DNA of 64,000 nucleotides from Antedon mediterranea (Eukaryota > Animalia > Echinodermata). The number at the start of each line of letters is the position of its first letter. Position 1 is the first letter of the stretch. The notes below the pieces were generated by a model. That model had not been told where the DNA came from and made no database searches. It was given only the letters and a program-made list of their open reading frames with translations. The position numbers were made by a program, and so were the translations under genes. Shown here piece after piece: positions 11,939-23,581 of the stretch. The stretch covers positions 21,089,045-21,153,044 of the forward strand of contig NC_092680.1 in assembly GCF_964355755.1 (NCBI RefSeq), in the 5' to 3' direction.

Positions 11939-12644
11939 CCGTTGGTCATTCTGAAAATAAGACCAATTTATGATTATGCAGTATATTACAGTAGCACTAG
12001 GGTAGATCATAATGATCAGATTAATAATTAAATGGCATAAAGTTTTAAGATTAAATTATTAATGGCATTGTATGTAAATTATTAATTTAGCGCTGTACTT
12101 TGAGGTTTTATAATGCATGGATTATTATTGATTGCATTGCCATTGGTGAGTCATACTTTCTTAAGTTCGAGTGGGCGAACTTGACCCCTTAACTTACTAC
12201 TCTACTATACTAGGCCTATACTACTGCAGCATAGCCTAGAATACCATATAAAGTAGTATAGGCCTAGTAGGCCTAGGCCAGACCTAGCTAGGCCTCTTCT
12301 GTTCTTTTAATTCCAAAATACAATCAATCAATCAATAATCATGATGGCCTTTTGCTTAGTTTGGCCATGAATTAAAGATTCTTTAATCCATGGTTTGGCC
12401 TACTACTAGGTCTAGCTGGTACTAGAATAGTAGTAGGCCTAGGCCTACCCTACGTTCGTAGGGATCCCGTTCGTAGTACTTTATGGCGTAGGTCCTAGTA
12501 GGCCTAGGCCTCTAGCTAGCCTAGGCTTGGCCTAGATCCGCCTCTACTCTTATCTAGTAGTAGTAGGCTACCTACTAGAGTAGAGGCTAGTAGTAGTAGG
12601 GCCAGGCCTAGGCCTAGGCCTATAGGCCTACTAATTCCATTTAC

Positions 12645-12800
12645 CTCTTATTTAAACATTATTAGAATGTTACCACAACAAAATACGGCGTAGGTAGTGT
12701 TTGGGTTTAACAGATTTGGAGCATTTCGGTACAGTATCTACAAATTATTTGACAATAGTGATTTGGACATTTTGTTTTTGTAGCCATGCTCTTCTAAACG
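12645..12800 (-). other. Putative non-coding first exon / promoter region of DHX36
   Basis: Donor GAG|GTAAAT at 12645/12644, followed on the minus strand by a TAGGCCTA-rich intron and the acceptor TTTTCAG at 11951. 5' end unknown. Confidence 0.4.
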
Positions 12801-13542
12801 CAATAGCCCATGACGATTGACCTAAATAAAATGCTTGAGTAATTCTTTAATAGAGGTGGTATTCAGAGCATTCTACGGAGCGCCATTTATGCCTTTATTT
12901 ACTTTAGAAATACTGTAGTACTACGGTAACTGGTCCAGTGGATCAAATTTGGCACCGGTGGAGCACAGTGATATATAATAGAAGTCATTGTCATAATGTT
13001 TTCGTATGTTAATACACTGTGCTCAAGTGGACCTAATTTGGCACCAGAGGACGATCAAAGCATATTGATCGAAACGTTGAGAAACTCAACAGTTCTTTTC
13101 AGAACTATGTGGTGTACCGCAATCTTTATATCAACATTTGATTTCGCGTTTCGCCATGCAAACCTTCAAACAATATAATATCCTTTGTGTTCCCTTTAGC
13201 AGAGTCAATGTTTAAAATGTTGATGTTGTTAATCTTTACATTAGAAGATTGTTCAAATCATGTAAATAAAACATTTTCCGGGCGGTACTACCTAGCAGCT
13301 CCTCTTAGTTTGCAAAAGTAATCTCGAAAAGAAGCCCACCCAAGATTACTAAAAATGAAGGAGCACCTCTTTTCGAGGTTTTATGGCATTCTATTTAATG
13401 AAAAATAATGCCATGCAACTTTGTTTCCGATTTTAAAAAAGTCCCTTTGTTTAGGCCTGACATTTTTAACCCGCAAAATATCTCTCTTTCAAAATCAAAA
13501 ACAATATTTATTTTCAATTCCAAAAAAAAAAAAATATTCGTA

Positions 13543-13612
13543 GAGGTTCGAACCCAATCTACTAGAGCTGAGAGCACCTAAACCTGAGCATTACCCGTTA
13601 CGCCACAAAGTA
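13543..13612 (-). pseudogene. tRNA-derived (Pol III) remnant or SINE head
   Basis: Minus strand has an A box TGGCGTAACGG and a B box GGTTCGAACC at tRNA-like spacing; no intact cloverleaf. Confidence 0.45.
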
Positions 13613-14599
13613 GTACATGACTGAACAGCTGATAATAGTCTATTTATACGTGTATTACGTAATTCATCATTATGTCATAAATATCAACCTTGTTAAAACC
13701 AAAATGACTAGTTAGCTCAGTCTCAAAAACCATATAACAAAAGTTAACTGAAATCGGACTACTGCAAAATTTGAGATTGCTGCCAATTTTGGAAAATCAG
13801 TAAGCGCTTGTCGTAGACACCTAAATATGATGTAAAAGTAATCATGTTCATATCTACGTCTTGATATTGGTATAAAAATTATCAGAACATGCATATTTAT
13901 ATTTAGGGGCCTACTGTTTAACATTTGTTGAACAATAACCGAAAACATAACCTTTGATACGATGTCTATGCAGAACCTGTAATATAAAGATACAGGATCT
14001 GGAAGAATTACGTGTGTAAATTATAAACAATATATTTTACACGAAATACAGCTGTCTACAACTATGGATTCCACGACGTAAGGGCGAGTATATTAAAAAG
14101 TTTTTCATAAAGCAAGGAAAAAATTAAGAAATTGAAACAGTACAGTATCTAGAATAAATGTTGAATTGTTTTAGCTTAATGCCTTAGTCTAGACGTACTA
14201 CCAAACTACATTAGTTCGACAAAAAAAAAAGATGTGCCTACATATGGTAGAGTGATGTCACGTCATCGTGTCCGTATATGGGCTCATCACAATTTTTGTC
14301 ACATAAAGTTCATCTAAAGAACTACATCTACAGGTACTTGTAATTGATGCAGTATACTGTATTCAAATTCAAAGATGAAATAAAAAATGAAAAACTCGAC
14401 AATTGCTTTTGCTTAGCATACCTTTAATTGCATCTTTTTCTGAGGTGTACCAATATTACACCTCTTTACCTATAAATTTTATTAAGTTAAAAATGTTTTG
14501 CCAGTCCTTTATAATTTACATTAATATAACACACTTTTCAATTGATGGCATCTAATTGGTTAATAGCCATGGAATAGTTATTGCCATGCTCTCTAAATC

Positions 14600-14753
14600 T
14601 TTTTTCACATTAACACGAAATGCAAGCGCAATGCAAGTAATTTTACAAATCACGAGTGATGTATTATTAGAACTGTTGCTTAATGTGATTGTCCAACTCG
14701 CTTACATTGCATCTATATTGTCTTTGTGTTGTGTCCTACTGGGAACCAAGCTT
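14600..14753 (-). mobile_element. MITE family B, degraded
   Basis: Ends CTACTGGGAACCAAGCT; internal GTGATTG. Confidence 0.55.
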
Positions 14754-15565
14754 ATCTGCACTTCTAGGAGAATTATTGTCCTGCGCATATTTGTGCTTCC
14801 CCTCAATTCAGGATCTACTTATAGATGCACAATGATAGTATGCCTGCAATGGCTGGTGTTCAAACTTGCAGACCAAGTCCTTGAGGATTAGGTGCTTGCT
14901 TGTCTACCCTAACAAAGTCCATGTTATGCATTGTCTTAGAATAAAGGGTCCTATATTCAGAACATTTATTTCTCTTCTCTTTTCAATTAACAGAGTTTGG
15001 AAAAAAAACAATTTTAAATAAGAGAGGCGAACCCCAGAAAGTGTAAACTTGTGGTGGGCTGCCAAAAAATAAAAAATATCAAAAAAATCATTAACAAAAC
15101 CAAAGTAAACAAAAAAACCGATTGAAAATATCAATGAAATTTGAATTAATAATACCTTATCGTAGTATGTAATTTTTGTATTCATGACTTTTTATATATT
15201 TTTAATTAATTGTTTGAGAGCTTGTTAACGAAACGAATTTCCCTTTGGACAGATAAATGTCTGTATTCTGTATTCTGTACTAGTGGCCACTACGTCACAG
15301 TACTACAATTACTTTTAACAATAAAGCTTTGTTTTCATGATTTATTATATTTTCTGTTATTAATTAAACTTCAAATACGAAATTGTTCACGAACAATTAA
15401 AAAAAGGGTATATTACCAATCGCAATACCATAAAATAATAAATTATAGGACATTTTATAAATAAAAGGGGAAATACAGTAAATTAGGACCCTATACGTCT
15501 ACCTCTCCTGTGAAAGTTAAAGGATTGAAGAATGTTATTAGTGCTGGTGGGATTTGTAGTGCCGG

Positions 15566-15697
15566 GCAGCCCCTCCCCCCCCCCCAACCCTAGCATGGGC
15601 AGGGCCACCCAGCATGTGCAGCCCCCCCCCCCCCAGCATGGGGCAGGGCCACCCAGCATGGGCAGCCCCCACCCCCCCCCCCCCCCCAGCATGGGCA
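15566..15697 (-). repeat. G-tract repeat (CCCAGCATGGGCA plus C-runs on plus), G-quadruplex-prone
   Basis: About five units with C-runs up to ~16 nt; bracketed by a short inverted repeat GGACCCTA / TAGGGTCC (15485, 15771). Confidence 0.8.
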
Positions 15698-15810
15698 CAA
15701 CCCTGTTATAAACAAAACAAAAGACCATAATGAACACCTAAAAGTTAACAATGAACAGAACATGCCAACCTAGGGTCCATCTGACCTCATCAACTTTTGT
15801 AAATGCGTGC

Positions 15811-15812
<2 letters not shown>

Positions 15813-15874
<62 letters not shown>
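15813..15874. repeat. (TA)n microsatellite
   Basis: About 30 TA units. Confidence 0.98.
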
Positions 15875-15877
<3 letters not shown>

Positions 15878-16139
15878 CAAAAGCGGGGGGGGGGCCGGGG
15901 CCGGAACTATGATTGGAACATCATACTAAAAGTCCTGAAAAATCCTCCTTGTGGTCTCCGAGAAATCCAAGATGACGTCCAAAATGGCTGCCATTTTAAT
16001 TAGTCTATAACTTTGTAACCGCTGGTCATAGAGTATCAAAGACATTGTAGAACGACAGTTGGCCTTTTCTAGTAACCATACCCAAAAATGGTGAATGATA
16101 CGGAACTCCTTATAAAGAGCAATTACGCACGCGAAGGAG

Positions 16140-17955
16140 AAGTTTTACGCGACCTCATTAAAGTGTCTAAAAAGCAACAGCCCTGCTAGATGGCACAAAG
16201 GCATCGTGGATCTCTGCAATCTAAAGAAAAAGGACACGTTTAACATCCCTGGTCTATCAACGCAAGCGGCTGTTGAAGTAACTAACCAACATTTTGCCAC
16301 GATTTGTAGTGAACTTTCCGCGCTTGACATTACATAACTACCAAGTTACTTACCTGCATCGGAAACCCCACCCGTTATCTACCCAGGACAGGTGAAATCG
16401 ATAAGTTAAAGTACAACAAGCAGAACACCCAGAAAATCTCCCGGCCAAATTAATTAAGGAATTCTCATTTGAACTATCTTGCTCTTCTTTAAATGAAGGT
16501 AATTTTCCTGAACAATGAAAAAAGCTACTATAATACCAGTTCCTAAAGTTCCAGACGCTAATAATTGTTCCTTAACACCTATTTTTTCTCGAATATTTGA
16601 AAGCTTTTTAGCGGAGTGGGTAACTAATGATATAAAAGATTCTTTAGATAGTAAGCAATGGACCAAAGACAATAATATGATAATTAATATTGAAAAAACT
16701 AACTTTATGAACATTTCCTTTGCCAAATCTCAACCCATTGTTAAATCATTTACGATAAATAATATAAAAATAACCAATGTTGAATGCTTAAAGTTACTTG
16801 GGGTTCAGATCACTAATGATCTGAAATGGAATATGCATATCCACGATGTTGTTAATATAGCCAGTAAGAGATTACAAATGTTGACATGTTTAAAAAGATT
16901 TGGAATGCCTTGTAACCATCTTCGTCAAATGTATATTAGCCACATAAGACCTGTAACTGAATATGCGTGTCCGGTATGGCACTCTGCCTTAACCATAGCG
17001 CAATCCATGGAGCTTGAATCTATACAGAAACGCGCATGTAGAATAATTCTCGGACAAAAATATGCATCTTATGATCAAGCAATTAAACTACTTAATCTTA
17101 AATTTTTAGATCAAAGAAGAGAAGATATTCTTCTTGATTTTGCTAAAAATCTTAACAAAATCGTCCCTAACGCACTTCCTAAATTGAGAGGCGAAACGTG
17201 TGGCAGGATACTTAGGAATGCTAATAAGAAGCAAAGTGAAATATATGGCAATACTAAAAGATTCAACAACTCATGTTTCCCAGCACTGTGTAGACTAATT
17301 AATAAACCAAAATAAACATATTTCGGGCATAAGAACAACAATAATAATAATAATAAGTAATAAGTACTTTCATCAGTTTTTTCCATGTGTAATATCTCCT
17401 TTTAAAAAATTTTTTTTTTTTTAACTTTTTAATGTTGTAAATTTTGATGTTTGAAAGCTTGTACCAATTATATATGTAAATCTCTCGCAATTCAGTTTTA
17501 TTTTATATATACTGCAAAGAGAAATATTGGATAAAAGCAGAATGAATGAATGGTTGTCGTAGAGGCTCGTCAACTTCACACTACCTCGTAGACCTGATAA
17601 ATTCTGTTGTATCTGACCTGGAGGGGTAGTAAATATTTAAACTTATGTGCTGTAGACTTTACCAAGGCTTTCGATCGTGTGATCATAATGTTGTCATAAA
17701 TAAATTAATATCCATAGGAGTGAGGCCGTCCATTCTTCCTACCATTTGTAGTTTCCTCTTAAATCGCACATGCAATACCAAAGTTAAGGGAGCCACCTCT
17801 TCTAATTCTAATATTACTTGTTGGTCCCCTTCTCTTTTTGGTATTAGTCAATGATGTTGCTGAGGGAACTGACAGACGGTGGAAATATGTGGACGACCTC
17901 ACTCTTAGTGAAGTGGTTAAAAGTAATGATAGACAATTATTGCAGGACTTGATAC
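16140..17955 (+). mobile_element. L2/CR1-group non-LTR retrotransposon RT remnant, internally rearranged
   Basis: KKATIIPVPK...LTPIFSRIFE; WTKDNNMIIN...KLLGV...RPVTEYACPVWH...LESIQKRACRII; (GAAT)n tail at ~17540-17551; then GSSTSHYL...DFTKAFDR...GPLLFLVLVND...YVDD at 17552-17950. Confidence 0.9.
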
Positions 17956-18104
17956 GATACGTATTCAACATTATTCATTTGTTCTATCGTAGTCTATCAA
18001 AGTAAAAAGCAGTCTTGTAATAAAAAAAAACAGCAAGCGAACTTAGTTGCCTAAGGCGGGTGGAAATATTCTTGCGGATTTCAAGTATATTCAAGTAATT
18101 TAAT

Positions 18105-19286
18105 TTAAGTTATCGTTTCCCATTTAAATCTATGTCTTGTCTGATTGTAAAATATTTCATTATATGGACCAAAAAATTCGTTCATTCTGGCAATTAACGG
18201 CTCAGAAATATTAGGATAAAGTGATTTGCGACCTTTATTCTCACCAAGACATCGTGATTCTTTACCCCATCGCAGACAATAGTAACCTTTTGTTTCATTA
18301 TAGTAGAAATTATCTGGAGAATAATAATCAGAAACCCCAAGAAATTGTTCGATTAACTTGACCTCTTTGTACGGGTCAGTAATTAATGCGTCTCCGTCCA
18401 CAATGTGAAACTGACTCTTATTAAAGTATTGTTGCCATCGCGACAAATGCACGCAGTATATACTCGTCTGAATAGGCTTATAAAACTGGTCAACTTTACC
18501 GTTATCCATTACAAGTTCGGCAAAATTTTTAAACGGTGGTTTATCCTTATTATTATGTTTAACAACTGCTTGTATATAATCAGACACAACACGTATTGTA
18601 GGTTGCCTTACGATTACGATGATTTTCACCGATGCATTCATACGTTGCACTCTTTCCGGCGTTTTTTTACAAGTGAAGTATGCTGGTGTTTTTTCTATAG
18701 TAATTTGGTTTTTATGAGAAAACGGCATTTGTTTACGATACCATTCTAAACCTTTGGCGTAATTATCATCAAAATCAAAGAAATGAACTTCATTCAACGG
18801 TCGTACGATATCAGGGTGCATCCCCAGCATGTTGATCAGCGCCCTTGTTCCGCACTTCCGGACACCCACGATAATCACCTGCGGTAGTTTCTTCACGCGT
18901 TCGTGTTCGTGTTTGTTATTGGTTGAAACTTCCTGATACGCGTTACCATGGACGACTAGATTATATATTTCTTTTAGTTTCAATCTTCCCGTCGAGCGCC
19001 CTCCATTTAATATTGTTCCCGTGAGTACTTGCATAGATCTATTATTAGAGTCTGTCTGTGATATGTCGTTTAGTAAATTGTGCGAGTACGCGAGAGTGTT
19101 TTCGTCAACCTTTAGTGGTTGACGTCTAATTTGACGAATTTCATCTAAAGTAACGCTGGTCTTTGTGACGCTTAATGCGACCATCAATGCAAAGGACATG
19201 AGGATTGTCATTACCAGTAGCACTAGTTTGTTGATGCCTCGAATTCCAACTCGTTTGAATTTGCGACAGGTCATCGTTGTCAACAT
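18105..19286 (-). CDS. Heparan sulfate glucosamine 3-O-sulfotransferase (HS3ST1/5 clade), paralog a
   Basis: Single coding exon (acceptor at 19317-19318, first in-frame ATG 19286). N-terminal TM anchor, 5'-PSB GVRKCGTRAL, EVHFFD, EKTPAYF, RVVSDY, GYYC...CLGENKGR. Confidence 0.93.
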   Translation of the reverse strand: MLTTMTCRKFKRVGIRGINKLVLLVMTILMSFALMVALSVTKTSVTLDEIRQIRRQPLKVDENTLAYSHNLLNDISQTDSNNRSMQVLTGTILNGGRSTGRLKLKEIYNLVVHGNAYQEVSTNNKHEHERVKKLPQVIIVGVRKCGTRALINMLGMHPDIVRPLNEVHFFDFDDNYAKGLEWYRKQMPFSHKNQITIEKTPAYFTCKKTPERVQRMNASVKIIVIVRQPTIRVVSDYIQAVVKHNNKDKPPFKNFAELVMDNGKVDQFYKPIQTSIYCVHLSRWQQYFNKSQFHIVDGDALITDPYKEVKLIEQFLGVSDYYSPDNFYYNETKGYYCLRWGKESRCLGENKGRKSLYPNISEPLIARMNEFFGPYNEIFYNQTRHRFKWETIT

Positions 19287-19371
19287 GAATCGCAAAACGG
19301 TATAACATTTGTAAATCTGAAATGATAAATAAAACAGTTTTGATAACAATAGCCTATAAATAAATTATAAT

Positions 19372-19511
19372 GCTCTGTCTACACTATCAAACTTTATTAG
19401 AACGTAATGTGCCCATAGACATGATGACGTCATATCACTACCATATTTAGGTATATAACTACCATATTTACGTACATCACACTTATTTTGTCAAATAAGT
19501 ATAGACAGATC
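19372..19511 (-). mobile_element. MITE family A
   Basis: GCTCTGTCTACACTATCAAAC ... TAGACAGATC, with the internal CACTACCATATTT reversed. Confidence 0.75.
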
Positions 19512-20241
19512 TTTAATAAATATGATGACGTCACAATGCGCGCAATGAGATGACACGTCCAGCCAAGTAGGCCCATTGTTACCTTAAATTTAAATACGTT
19601 TTTGTTGTTTATCATAATTAGTATACTTCGAAAACAAATTTGTGGACAAAATATTTATTGTTATTGTGTATATGAAAAGGAAATGTGATGCTTATCCAGG
19701 GTCGTACAATTGGTTTGTTTTGTATCAGAAGAAACCAAATCTATGGAGGTTATAAAATAAAAGGAAGGAAGTGAATCTAGATGATCCTTTTGTTGACTAC
19801 GACGACATCCCTGACAACATTGATTTGTTTCTTTCCTGGTTGGATCATATACTTTTTATTAATATGTAGTTTCAACTTTGACCTGTTTAATGAACTGGCG
19901 AAATGTTAAACTTCAATCATTTCTAAGTAATTATTAAGCTACCTGATCACCTTTGTCTCTGCGACGATGGCGACAACCAAAATGCCAAAATAAATTTCCA
20001 ATGATTTATTATGTTATTTCATGTCGTGTCTATGGCCTATGGTAAGTTTCTGGCAAAGCTTCTTTCCTATTAGGATGATGTAACACAAGAAAGGTGTACG
20101 CACGCGCAGTAGAACGCAAATAATTCAACCAATCACTGAACGGATCATCCGAACTGTCGCTGGTGATTGGTGAAATAGATTGTGGGTTGCGCGTAAGTTG
20201 GAACCGAGCTTAATTAAATTATAAGATAAGATACCACTCAC

Positions 20242-20358
20242 CACCTGCGTGAATATTACACAGTATTACGTAACATTATTCTTGTCGTACAAGACATCGG
20301 CGAGAAACTGAACAACAGACCACGAGTCATTTCAGCTACATACATCCAAAACATGATT
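20242..20358 (-). other. Putative 5'UTR exon of HS3ST paralog a
   Basis: Minus-strand acceptor TTTTCTTTTTCAG and donor GTGAGT bracket 117 nt. A further candidate donor (AAG|GTAAGC) lies at 31151/31150. Confidence 0.5.
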
Positions 20359-20796
20359 CTGAAAAAGAAAATAATTGCTAAATTAGGAGAAAGAAAAGAA
20401 GGTTTTAAAGACATTTTTAATGAAAATTTCCGATTCAGCAGCGTTAACTTTTAAATATCAGACGAATCAGTCATGGTTTTCTTGTCATATCAGTGGCGCT
20501 CATGCAGCAGACGCTAAATTGAAGTCCATTAATAATTTGTAAAAACAATTTGTTCCAGCAAGATGTTTTTGTAAAATGTCTAAACGTAAAAATGAGACAA
20601 ACGGCCCGTAACAATAATATGCTAAAACATAATGTGCTATAAATGAACAGAAATAATAACTCTGACATTAATGACATTTTATTATCGGACATTTTAAATG
20701 ATTGTTCATTTTTATCGTCATCAGCAAATTGGGTACAAAGAATATTTAAAATGCAGATAGGATGCGTTGGCGGATAAGTGTTAAGACTCAAAATAA

Positions 20797-20950
20797 AGCG
20801 TGGTTCCAACTAGCGACGCAAGAACGTACGCGCAACGCAAGCGAGTTGACCAATGATAAGCCACAGTTCGAATAATCCATCGCTTGTGATTGGTCAAATC
20901 ACTTACGTTGCGTTAAGTTCTTGCGTTGCGTCGCTAGTGGGAACCAAGCT
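20797..20950. mobile_element. MITE family B (PIF/Harbinger-like)
   Basis: TIR AGCGTGGTTCCAACTAGCGACGCAA / TTGCGTCGCTAGTGGGAACCAAGCT, TAA TSD. Degraded copies at ~20080-20210, 21200-21480, 21825-21978. Confidence 0.88.
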
Positions 20951-23131
20951 TAAAATACACATAGGCCTTCACATGATTCTTATAGCACACATGCAAACGC
21001 AGCATTTTTTTGTCAAATGTAGGACACATTAGTGCCTGACATGTATTCTAAAAGAGAACAGATTATGTGAACGTTTTGACGCCATTATTCTACGTATTGA
21101 TGTGATATTGGTTTACTTGTCCTAATGATTACTTTCAGTTTTTATATTATCGCAACACAGACAAGAAATTTGACATTTGGCTTTAAAAAAGCGGTAATTG
21201 AAATGAAACGATGAGTTTACGCATGCGCATTATGCTACGCGAGTACTTTGGCCAATCACAACCACAGTGTGGATAATTATTCGCTTGTGATTGGTCAAAT
21301 TATACGTCTTGCGTGTACATCGATGCATTGTACTGCTGTAGTGTGAATCACGCGTTATAGCGAAACGTATATTGTGTCATTATGCTTGGTTCCCATTAGA
21401 GACGCAACACATGACGTAACGCTGAGTTGACCAATCTCATGCGATGGATTATTCGCTTGTGATTGCTAATGGGTTTGCCCATGGGTGTATCATCAATGAA
21501 ATCATGAACCAAATCGAGGATGGGCGTCGTCATGCGCCATCTTGGTTTTTACATAATTCAATCCAATTGAAAAAGGTCTTCTGGGAATTGATGATCATCA
21601 CAATAAATATTAACGTCATATTTTCATTAAACTTAAAATAACACTTGAAAGTGTACATATGTTATAACGATCGATCGTCTGCTTACATCCATGCAAATCT
21701 CTTAAGGTTTTGATGGAATGAAAAAAATTCAGGTTATTGTACAAGCAAACACAATAATGATATAAAAACTAGAAATATTGTTTAATGTTTGGTTTGTCAG
21801 CCAAAGCTTGGTTTTCACCTGGACGCAACGTGGTGGCGTAGCATGCACAACGCAGTGAATTGACCAATCATAAGCAACAACTTTGATGATCCATCGCGTC
21901 GTGATTGGTAAAAAAATTACCTGTCATGCACGTTTTGTTCCTTACGCGTTGCTCATACTTCCACATGGGAACCTAGCTATGGTTTTAACTTTTGTATTGT
22001 GAAATGTTACGGTTTCAGCCTGCTGGCTATTTGTGGCATTGTTCGTCTGTTTTGGAATAAATATACCTGAATTATTACAAAATTCGGAATCATTTTTACT
22101 GGTTATTAACAGTATTGACTCTTTATTTCGACTTTATGGTGATAAAAGTCTCTGAAGCTGAATCTTACGGCTAACTCCTGATATTCACGAGCAAACATCA
22201 TACACTTCAGACTGCCAAAATTGGTGTTATTAATAAACCAACTATTTTTCCCGTGATTCAAATAAATTGAAAGCAATAAGAAATGGGACATACATTTCAT
22301 TTCATCCTACCAGGCTGATATGTATCATATGACCTGTGACTGAAAGGTTAACAAGCAATAATAGTCATTCTTCATGGCCTACAACAACGATACCATAATA
22401 TATTTAAACCAATATATGCCGGGCACATTTGACCATGGAAATTGAAAACAGAAAACACATAGTCACCTACAGGTAATATGAATTGGTAGACGGTTGTCTA
22501 TTCTCATAACTTTTATATCTTCCGCCGGATGCTGATACAACGGCTTTCATTATCAATACGGCGTTCTTTAAACCAATGCAACACTTAGAACATGGACCTA
22601 TTTAGAAGATCCTTTGTAAAGTATTTTTATAAATGTTGTCCGGAATAAATCCCGGAGCTTTGACCAGACTTGAACTCACAAAGGTGAATAGAAGTATTCT
22701 AACACATTAAACGTTCTCCTTTCAACATAACGTTTAATTGTTGTTAGGAAATATCCAAAAACTCTCCTCATACCAAAAATTAACTGATTCTAAATCAATA
22801 AATATTGTTGAACTGTAGCTATAAACAAGAGAAACATTTATTTTTCTGAGACATATTTTTGCAATTCCTAAAATGTGAATGGGAATATATAAAAAAACAG
22901 AAAACTAGTTTTAATTTGGACGAAAGGACTACTAAATGTCTGATTGAACTAATAATTTCCCAAAAGATTTGTCCATATGACACCGACATAAACGTAATCG
23001 ATTTGTTTTGTACTATATTTTATAGGTTAATAATGACTAGATAGAATCTTAATGGACATCGCTGTCATACGGTTTTCTTAGAAACTAACCATGTTCATCA
23101 CACGGCAGCTAACATTAGAAATTGCTAATTA

Positions 23132-23581
23132 AAGCTGTAATGATTGGTTCCCCGCGACGCAACGTAAGGTCGTCAACGTAACGCAACGTAAATTCGACCA
23201 ATCACAGACGACAGATCTGAACTGTAACGTACGATTAGCCAAAAGCTTGGTAATAATTCGTTCTTGAGTTGGGTTCCTAAATCGTGGTTCCCAATAGAAC
23301 GCAACGCAGCGACGTATCGACGCAAAGTGATGTATTGCGTAATCACAAGTGGGAACCGACGACGCATAGTGCTGCAAACAGGTTTGATTTCACGCAGGCG
23401 GGGGAAAACACAATTATTAGAAGGGAATTTGCTTACGTTGCGTAGATTGCGTTACGTTGCGTCGCTAGTGGGAACCAAGCTTAACGCTTGCTTCTCGCTC
23501 TGGACGCAACGCAAGTAATTTGACCAATCACAGTGCACTTAGTACGTCATCCTTGTGTTATGTCATAGTGGGAACCAAGCT
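23132..23581. mobile_element. Cluster of three adjacent family B MITEs
   Basis: Three TGGTTCCC...GGGAACCAAGCT-type units back to back. Confidence 0.8.

Noticed and set aside
16515-17315. 266-aa ORF as a functional RT or domesticated gene
   Set aside because: Lacks the YxDD core, is preceded by a stop, and the flanking LINE parts are frameshifted.
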